Origin: Desulfurococcaceae archaeon
GTDB lineage: Archaea > Thermoproteota > Thermoprotei_A > Sulfolobales > Desulfurococcaceae
Direction: 5' to 3'
NCBI GenBank assembly: GCA_038888155.1
Contig: JAWAJB010000035.1
Location: 1 to 11,023 of the forward strand
Length of the DNA: 11,023 nucleotides
Shown here: positions 1 to 6,412 of the stretch, piece after piece
How positions within the stretch are numbered: position 1 is the stretch's first letter
How the letters are laid out: the number at the start of each line of letters is the position of its first letter
Program-made: the position numbers and the translations under genes
The notes under the pieces: generated by a model
Databases searched by the model: none
Told to the model about the DNA's origin: nothing
What the model saw: the letters and a program-made list of their open reading frames with translations, nothing else

Positions 1-358
1 ATAAAACCCAATGATTCACACACGCTTCACGGCCTGTAAGGGTTTGTCAACGCCCCCAACCCCTCTAGAAGCTGTGTCAGTGTCGCTAGCCCGTGGTATC
101 CATGCACCTTCCCTGTTCACCGACCTGATTAAGACGCTACTCTACAGGTCGCTGGGCAGAGTGTAACCGGCTCGATACTCGCTGAAACCAAGCGTGCAGC
201 CTGCAACGGCCGCCGGCCAATCCGAAACCCTAATACACAAGCCAGCCCGAAAACAGTAATGAGAGAGGCACACCCTCCCAGAAGATTCAAGCACTCCCTA
301 AACCACTCCTCACTCGCTCTAAAAACCTCGGCGACACCTCTCTCAAGGCTTAGAGTAT

Positions 359-374
359 CTCCGACAAGTCGGAG
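359..374. repeat. 7-bp inverted repeat with 2-nt spacer (CTCCGAC-AA-GTCGGAG), possible operator
   Basis: The IR is seen directly, just upstream of an AT-rich TATA-like element (CTTAAAAATA, about 386-395). Any regulatory role is inference. Confidence 0.3.
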
Positions 375-515
375 CCGAGTACAACCTTAAAAATAGCTGG
401 TATAGACCCTTGAAAACTCGCAAGTGATTTGCCGAGAAAGATTTGGCTTAACGAGAAGACTTTTCTAACCTAGGCTGGATAAGAAGCATTAAATGAGGGA
501 GTGAGGTGGCGCCTT

Positions 516-824
516 GTGGCAAGCTATAGGGTCAGGGTCACTGTGAGAGAGGTTAGAGGGTATTGCGCTTTGGGCTTAAAGCCCGGGGACGAGTTTATCA
601 TCGAAAGGTATTACTTTTTAACTCAACAGAATACTAGGGTTTGTCTACACGCCTTAGTGGGGATGTCCAGCCTTTTACTGCCGTTTCTGAAAGGAGTTTC
701 AGCTCGCGAGCTGGGCATTGGCATAGAAAATGATGTAGGGTTTGTTCACTGCCCCGATCCTGGAGGACCATACACTACAGGCGGCACAGTAATTTTCGAG
801 CTGAGGAGGGAAGAAATAGATTAA
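516..824 (+). CDS. TIGR04076-family small Cys-containing protein (uncharacterised, possibly redox/metal-related)
   Basis: Translation has the family-like pattern V.V.EVRGYC...KPGDEF, VCLHAL, HCPDPG...GGTVIFELRR. The ORF track starts at GTG 501, but GAGGTG (503-508) lies 7 nt before the in-frame GTG at 516, which is the more likely start. The stop overlaps the wecB stop (TTAA 821-824). Family assignment is from motif recall. Confidence 0.75.
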   Translation: MASYRVRVTVREVRGYCALGLKPGDEFIIERYYFLTQQNTRVCLHALVGMSSLLLPFLKGVSARELGIGIENDVGFVHCPDPGGPYTTGGTVIFELRREEID

Positions 825-1915
825 GACACTTCCTTCTCAACAGCATCCACTATTCTCTCCGCCGCCTTACCGTCGCCGAACGGTGACTCACTCGGTAGCT
901 CGGGCGGGTGGGAAAGCACTTTTTCCAGCTCTGCTAGCACGACACTTGGGTTCAAACCAACTATCCGAGCGAAACCCGCTCTAACGGCTTCAGGCCTCTC
1001 GGTGGAGTTTCTCAACACTAAGACGGGCTTCCTTATTCTTGGGTGGGTTGCTTCCTCTTGTATCCCGCCCGAGTCGGTCATAACAAGTTTTGAGTTTTTC
1101 AACAGGGCTAGGAATTCGAAGTAGCCTTGGGGTGGAAGGATCTGTGCGTGCTCTAGGTTACTGAGAGTTGTGAGAAGTCCATACTCTTCTAGTCTCTTAC
1201 GCGTTCTCGGGTGAATAGGGTAGACCACTGGAATAGGGGTTTTCTTCAATATTTCTATGAAGTTCTTAAGATTCTTCGGGTCGTCAACGTTTTCAGCACG
1301 ATGAAATGTTACTAGGACGTATTCGTCAAACTTTACTTGGCTCATCACGTTAGTCTCTACATCTAGTATCTTATCAAAGTATGTTTCAAGTGCGTCTATT
1401 ACTGTATTACCTGTTACGTAGATTTGACCGAGAACTTTCTCCTCCTCTAGATTTCTCTTATTTAGTTCTGTCGGAGCGAAGAGGTAGTCCGATATGTGAT
1501 CAACCATTCTCCTATTATGCTCCTCGGGCATTCTCCAATCGTAGCTTCTTAGACCAGCTTCTATGTGGCCAATCCTTATGCCGAGCCTTAGGGATGTGAG
1601 AGCTGTAGCTAGTACGCTATTTGTATCACCTTGGACGATGGTTACACCAGGTTTTCGTCTATGGGCTTCTAACGCCTTCTCTATCCTAATCATTATCTCC
1701 CCGATTTGAGCGGCTGGAGAGCTGTTCTCGAGTTTAAACTCCACGTGCGGGTTTGGCAATTTAAGCTCTTCAATGAATCTCCTACTCATTTCGTAATCGT
1801 AGTGTTGCCCCGTGTGAACGTATATAAACTCTACTCCTCTCCTCTCTAGTTCGCCTATGATTGGAGCCATTTTGATTATCTCGGGTCTTGTGCCTGTGAA
1901 TGCAAGTATGCTCAT
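821..1915 (-). CDS. wecB: UDP-N-acetylglucosamine 2-epimerase (non-hydrolysing)
   Basis: Motifs GTRPEIIK, HTGQH, QGDT, HIEAGLRS, MPEEHNR, HRAEN, HPRT, DSGGIQEE and TERPE are present. ATG 1915 overlaps the wecC stop (ATGA) with GGAG upstream, so it is preferred over GTG 1924. Confidence 0.96.
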   Translation of the reverse strand: MSILAFTGTRPEIIKMAPIIGELERRGVEFIYVHTGQHYDYEMSRRFIEELKLPNPHVEFKLENSSPAAQIGEIMIRIEKALEAHRRKPGVTIVQGDTNSVLATALTSLRLGIRIGHIEAGLRSYDWRMPEEHNRRMVDHISDYLFAPTELNKRNLEEEKVLGQIYVTGNTVIDALETYFDKILDVETNVMSQVKFDEYVLVTFHRAENVDDPKNLKNFIEILKKTPIPVVYPIHPRTRKRLEEYGLLTTLSNLEHAQILPPQGYFEFLALLKNSKLVMTDSGGIQEEATHPRIRKPVLVLRNSTERPEAVRAGFARIVGLNPSVVLAELEKVLSHPPELPSESPFGDGKAAERIVDAVEKEVS

Positions 1916-3225
1916 GCTCTCCACGCTCTACCGTAGCCTACTCCATAGTATTTGAACCCAGCTGAGATAGCCTTACTCGGCTCGAAAACCCTTCTTCCGT
2001 CAACTATTATTCTATGTCTTGCAAGCCCGCCCAACTCGTTCAAGTCGAGATGCTTGAACTCTGGGTGGTCAGTAACGACTACAATCATGTCAGCGTCTTT
2101 GACAGCTTCTTCCAAGTTCTCAGAGTACTTAGCTCCAAAGCTCTCGCGCGTGTATGGGTCGTGAACAACAACTTCTTTAAACCTCTTAGCTAACTCTACG
2201 ACTACTACTCTAGCTGGAGACTCCCTTGTGTCGTCAACACCTCCCTTGTAGGTAGCTCCCAATATGGCCACCTTAGATAGAGATGGATCCAATCCCTCAA
2301 GACCTGCCGCTCTCTCGACTATTTCAACCATATGGTATGGCATGAACTCGTTAATCCTCCTAGATATTTTAACTAGCTCTACGCCCCAGAAATCGGGTAA
2401 CAAGGACGCGAGCATACAAGGGTCCTTAGTTAGACAAGGACCTCCAACACCAGCACCAGGCCAGTGTATATTCACCCTAGGGTGAGTGTTAGCCAACCTA
2501 ATGGCCTCGTAGACATCTATTCCCAGCTTCTCAGCAATCAAAGCAATCAAGTTAGCGAACGCTATATTTAAATCACGAAAAGTATTCTCAACAAGCTTGA
2601 TAAACTCAGCAGTAGTGGCATCCGTAGGCAGTAAATTAGGATTAACCCTCCCGTAAACCTCCAACGCCCTCTCCGTAGAGCGAGGACCAACACCACCAAT
2701 AACCCTAGGCGCATGAAGCAATTCCTCAATCGCTCTACCTGGAGCAATCCTCTCAGGAACATGAGCAAGATAGAAATCCTCCTCTACCTTAAGCCCCGAA
2801 CCCCTTTCCAACATATCCCTAACTAATTCATTAGTAGTACCTGGGGGTACAGTAGATTCAATGACTACGAGCATATCTTCACGCAATTTCATAGCAACAG
2901 CTTGAGAGATGTTGACGACATAGCTTAAATCAACGACACCTCCATTAACTGGGGTGGGAACATCGATCAAAACAATATTGCACGAATCCAAAGCTTCCTC
3001 AATGCTAGAAGTAGCTGTTAGCCTTCCCTCGCTAACAGCCTTTCTAAGAAGATTATCAAGACCTGGCTCTTTTATATAAGGCTTACCTCTACCGATCATT
3101 GAAATCTTAAATTCATTAATATCAACGCCTATTACTTTATATCCATTATTAGCAAAAATAATAGCCGTAGGAAGCCCTACATAACCTAACCCCATGACAC
3201 ATATAATCTCGTGCATGCCATCCAT
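1912..3225 (-). CDS. wecC: UDP-N-acetyl-D-mannosamine dehydrogenase (UDP-glucose/GDP-mannose dehydrogenase family)
   Basis: Rossmann GLGYVG, VPTP, ESTVPPGT, PERIAPG, catalytic Lys in KLVENTFRD, catalytic Cys in GVGGPCLTKDP, and YKGGVDDTRESP. Adjacent to wecB. The start may be ATG 3216, about 9 nt downstream of GGGGT. Confidence 0.9.
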   Translation of the reverse strand: MDGMHEIICVMGLGYVGLPTAIIFANNGYKVIGVDINEFKISMIGRGKPYIKEPGLDNLLRKAVSEGRLTATSSIEEALDSCNIVLIDVPTPVNGGVVDLSYVVNISQAVAMKLREDMLVVIESTVPPGTTNELVRDMLERGSGLKVEEDFYLAHVPERIAPGRAIEELLHAPRVIGGVGPRSTERALEVYGRVNPNLLPTDATTAEFIKLVENTFRDLNIAFANLIALIAEKLGIDVYEAIRLANTHPRVNIHWPGAGVGGPCLTKDPCMLASLLPDFWGVELVKISRRINEFMPYHMVEIVERAAGLEGLDPSLSKVAILGATYKGGVDDTRESPARVVVVELAKRFKEVVVHDPYTRESFGAKYSENLEEAVKDADMIVVVTDHPEFKHLDLNELGGLARHRIIVDGRRVFEPSKAISAGFKYYGVGYGRAWRA

Positions 3226-3240
3226 ACCCCATGTCCTTAT

Positions 3241-3913
3241 CTAAATTGTGAGAGGATATTTACATTTTACGAACCACTCTTATTGATATTCAAGTAGATT
3301 CTGCGATGTTTTTCCTATATCCTCTTAAGGGGTTTTCATTAGATCGATCTCTGTTCATATTTCAACTAGTTTCAAACTCATTTGTTCTATGAATATTTTG
3401 AAGTCTTTAATGGTTAAATAATGCAGATGTGTAAAGTTCTGTCTAGGGAAATATCCCTTTACCAACTGAAGTTTCCATTTAACGAAACCGTATTTAGTGT
3501 AGTAATAATTATACCTTTTTCACATGAGTGCACACCTCCTTCAATACCACATATGGAAACTTCAAACGAAATAAGATGTGGTCATAAATTCCTGTCTCTA
3601 ACTTCAGGCCTTCTACGTCAACATCGCGAATATAAGTATCGAACTCCTTTCTCTAAGTTTCTTGACTATTTTGTGTGAAATACCAATACCTCATACGACA
3701 GCTTCCTTCTCTTTGTTTAATCTCTCCATGAAATGACCCTTACCGCAACCCTATATCAAGAATTAAGCCCGAGGCTTTACCAGCGACCTTATTGGCTAAC
3801 ATCTAATTTCGTATTAAGAAATTTAAGAGAGAACGTTCGCGATATTCTTCATAGTCTTTAAATAGCTTAAAATAAGGTGGTTTTTCGGTTAAAGCACCGA
3901 GAATTATTTTCAT
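3241..3913 (-). pseudogene. Degraded class I SAM-dependent methyltransferase, MetW-like
   Basis: Manual translation across frameshifts: MKIILGALTEKPPYFKLFKDYEEY...GLILDI/GCGKGHFMERLNKEKEAVV*GIGISHKIVKKLRER/FDTYIRDVDVEGLKLETGIYDHILF...VLKEVCTHVK/KGIIITTLNT/GFVKWKLQLVKGYFPRQNFTHLHYLTIKDFKIFIEQMSLKLVEI*. Motif I (LDIGCGxG, 3736-3760) is broken by one extra G in the GGG run at 3749-3751. In-frame stops occur at 3803-3805, 3691-3693 and 3355-3357. The ends are approximate. Confidence 0.88.
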
Positions 3914-3932
3914 CAGTAAAGGGTCATGATTT

Positions 3933-5177
3933 TTACCTTCTATGAAATCGAGAAACAACGTTATATAGTTCTTCTATATCTTTAATAGTTTTTTCTACAC
4001 AATAGTTAGAATGTCTAAGATTTTCAATAATATTTCTTCTCAATGTCTCTACATAAGAGTATTCTCCGACTAATTTCTTGACCATCTTAGAAAGCTCCTC
4101 TACACTATTAACAGTAAAACCCATGTTCTTACGAACTATCTCGCTGGCTCCTGGGAAGGGATAAACAATAGGTATTGCACCAGAACTCCATGCTTCTAGG
4201 ATAACTGTGGGGAATCCTTCTGGCCACCTAGTTGGTAGGAGCAAGATATCTATAGTTCTCATCCATGAGTTTTTCTCTTTATCTGTTAAAGGTCCTGTCA
4301 ATACTATATTACTTAATTTCCGAGTATTTACCTCATCGTGAAGTCTACGTTCATCGGGACCTCCACCTATGAAAACTACAAATATATTGTTCCTTAGGCT
4401 TTCCTCAATGCTATGTACGGCTTCTATTATATCAAAAATTCCTTTCTCTGATAAGATTCTACCAACGTATCCTATTACTAGTCTATTTTCTAAGCCTCTG
4501 GTTTTCTTAGACATGTGTTTTTCGTTGTTGATTATCTCAAAGCTCTTATTCATTATATCTAAACATTCTACAAAGTTTGGGATCACGATATATTTCTCCT
4601 CATAACTGTACAATTCTTTTAAGAAGATCTTTTTTACTTGTGTGAGCACTATAACCTTGTCGGCAAGATCTATGATTTTCTTTCTCGTTACGTATTCTTT
4701 CAACGACTTTGGATATGATGTATCATATCCGTGAGTTGAGACCACGACTCGTAAACCACGTTTCATGCCGATCGTTGCTGCTACAAGAGATCTTAGTGCA
4801 AGGTGATTAGAATGTATTATACATGTATTCTTGTCACATTCTTTTGCTATAATACTATCTATCATTGGTGCTAAAATAATTGCGCTAAAGAGTGCCCTAG
4901 GTTCTATAATAAGCAGGGGTGTAGTTTTTAATAGTAACCATGTATGGCGTAAGCCAAGAAGAACTAATTTTATCTTGTCTCTGCTTCTATATGGTAACCT
5001 GTACAAGGCTAAATTATCTGAAATGATGATATGAGGTCTTATATGAGGTCTTGTTTGCAGTATTACAACACTGTGTCCTCTTCTTAAAAGAGCTCTTACC
5101 AACGTGTGGATATAACTTGTAACACCACCTATATCAGGATAATAATCACCTAAAATTATTACTTTCATTTTCATCAC
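3933..5177 (-). CDS. Glycosyltransferase family 4 (GT-B fold)
   Basis: N-terminal YYPDIGGV, STHG, IPNFV, GRILSEKG, and the EX7E motif EGFPTVILEAW. The start overlaps the upstream stop (GTGATG at 5172-5177). Confidence 0.93.
   Translation of the reverse strand: MMKMKVIILGDYYPDIGGVTSYIHTLVRALLRRGHSVVILQTRPHIRPHIIISDNLALYRLPYRSRDKIKLVLLGLRHTWLLLKTTPLLIIEPRALFSAIILAPMIDSIIAKECDKNTCIIHSNHLALRSLVAATIGMKRGLRVVVSTHGYDTSYPKSLKEYVTRKKIIDLADKVIVLTQVKKIFLKELYSYEEKYIVIPNFVECLDIMNKSFEIINNEKHMSKKTRGLENRLVIGYVGRILSEKGIFDIIEAVHSIEESLRNNIFVVFIGGGPDERRLHDEVNTRKLSNIVLTGPLTDKEKNSWMRTIDILLLPTRWPEGFPTVILEAWSSGAIPIVYPFPGASEIVRKNMGFTVNSVEELSKMVKKLVGEYSYVETLRRNIIENLRHSNYCVEKTIKDIEELYNVVSRFHRR
5029..5052. repeat. 12-bp perfect tandem duplication (ATATGAGGTCTT x2) inside the GT4 gene
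   Basis: Seen directly; it encodes RPHI-RPHI in frame. Confidence 0.85.
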
Positions 5178-6373
5178 GCATAATATTTTGTCGCTCTGAA
5201 TACCTTAGCTATCAAATTGGATAAGGTCGTTCTCGTCATATATTTGGGAACGTACCGTCTCATCATTTGTGAAATTGAGAATATATCCACGTAACTAAGG
5301 CAAAGACTTTTTATCTCGATATGAGGTTTCAGGTTCAGAAATCCGTTATCTATGCTTAATACGGAAGGGTTGCATAAGATGCTGTAGCCGTAGGAAGTAT
5401 TATGAAGACCGACCTCTTCTAGAGGATAATTCAGTCCAGGTATTGAAGTAGCTAAGTTGAGATAATGTATCAAACCTATTTCCGTCATTAATGCTGAACC
5501 TATCTGTACATCGATGCCCATTTTTTTGCATAACATAGCTGTTTCACGCGTTATCCTTAAGCATCCAAGCTTCGATGGATGAAAATTCACTATATCAGCT
5601 ACCTCAAGTTCAGCAAATAACTCAATGTCTTGAGGCCTAGTTAGACTTTCATCTAACATTATTTTAATAGATGGATGGAATACTTTTCGTAGTTTCGCAG
5701 TCTCCTTTAAGGCATTCTTAGGCAGAGGTTGTTCTACTATATCGATGTTATATCTTTCCATAATTCTAAAGGCCTTGACGGCCTTCTCATAGTTCTCTAG
5801 ACACTGATTGGCATCGACTCTAAGTATAATGTCTGTTTCCTTTAGCGAATCTCTTATGATTCTTAAAGTTCGCTCTAAGTCATCTAAATTACAAGGAATC
5901 TTTATTTTGATGTGTCTCACTCCTTTTGATATCCACTTGTTTAATTCTTCAACCATGAAAAATGGATGCTTGAGGAATACCGTGCCCACCACTGGTACCT
6001 TATCTCTATACTCACCACCGAGTAAATGAGCGATTGATGTTTTTCTTCGTTTTGCTAAAGCATCTAATATGGCGCTCTCCAAAGAGAGGAATGCCCCATA
6101 AGTAACTCTACTGGTACACGAGAGTATATGGTACTCATATTCTTTCAGAGCTCTTAATGCTTCATCTAAACTGTAACCTATGATCATCCTCCTAAGCTTG
6201 ACTATTGTAGAGTAGTCTTCGAATATATTAGTTCCGTAAGGAGTCCCCTCGCCAACGCCATATACTGAGTCCTCGGTCCTTACGAATGTTATCAGATGCC
6301 AGGACTCTCTAATAGGTTTCCAGCCAGAAATAAAATGTGAAGTTGGTAATTTCAGTATGACAAAATCGATCAT
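5174..6373 (-). CDS. Enolase-superfamily protein (mandelate racemase/muconate lactonizing enzyme family), specific function unknown
   Basis: Capping-domain motifs GVGEG and ESAILDALAK...LLGG. Barrel motifs KxK (K156/K158), metal ligands D187 (RVDANQ), E214 (VEQP) and D241 (MLDES); numbering is from ATG 6373. The true start may be the in-frame ATT at 6391. Confidence 0.92.
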   Translation of the reverse strand: MIDFVILKLPTSHFISGWKPIRESWHLITFVRTEDSVYGVGEGTPYGTNIFEDYSTIVKLRRMIIGYSLDEALRALKEYEYHILSCTSRVTYGAFLSLESAILDALAKRRKTSIAHLLGGEYRDKVPVVGTVFLKHPFFMVEELNKWISKGVRHIKIKIPCNLDDLERTLRIIRDSLKETDIILRVDANQCLENYEKAVKAFRIMERYNIDIVEQPLPKNALKETAKLRKVFHPSIKIMLDESLTRPQDIELFAELEVADIVNFHPSKLGCLRITRETAMLCKKMGIDVQIGSALMTEIGLIHYLNLATSIPGLNYPLEEVGLHNTSYGYSILCNPSVLSIDNGFLNLKPHIEIKSLCLSYVDIFSISQMMRRYVPKYMTRTTLSNLIAKVFRATKYYA

Positions 6374-6394
6374 GCTTATATATTCTGAAATGAA

Positions 6395-6406
6395 GGATCA
6401 CCTCCT
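6395..6406 (-). promoter_or_regulatory. Very strong Shine-Dalgarno sequence AGGAGGTGATCC
   Basis: The plus strand reads GGATCACCTCCT, identical to the conserved archaeal 16S rRNA 3' tail. It sits in the 39-nt gap between the membrane protein gene and the enolase-family gene. Confidence 0.85.
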
Positions 6407-6412
6407 ACACTT

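Noticed and set aside
121-151. 7-bp inverted repeat CGACCTG...CAGGTCG
   Set aside because: The stem is short with a 17-nt loop and no tRNA, box C/D or terminator features, so it is compatible with chance.
129-385. About 85-codon open stretch on the minus strand (SLERGVAEVFRASEEWFRECLNLLGG...)
   Set aside because: There is no suitable start or SD and no recognisable family. It may be a gene relic but cannot be supported.
2472-2485. 14-bp perfect palindrome TCACCCTAGGGTGA in wecC
   Set aside because: It encodes the conserved HPRV peptide with ordinary codons and is likely coincidental despite lying near the inferred breakpoint.
1381-2768. Short ORFs 1381-1599, 1952-2164, 2264-2485 (+) and 2568-2768 (-)
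   Set aside because: They are shadow or alternate-frame ORFs within wecB/wecC. The 2568-2768 ORF follows from the local T/G-ending codon bias. No motifs.
3421-3678. 85-aa plus-strand ORF in the gap
   Set aside because: It is antisense to the methyltransferase pseudogene, which explains the region better.
3736-3760. Programmed frameshift or phase variation at the G run in methyltransferase motif I
   Set aside because: The run is only 3 nt and the gene has many other lesions, so this is decay rather than a switch.
6395-6406. Match to the 16S rRNA 3' end as a possible rRNA fragment
   Set aside because: Only 12 nt match and the flanks are protein-coding; it is an SD on the opposite strand.
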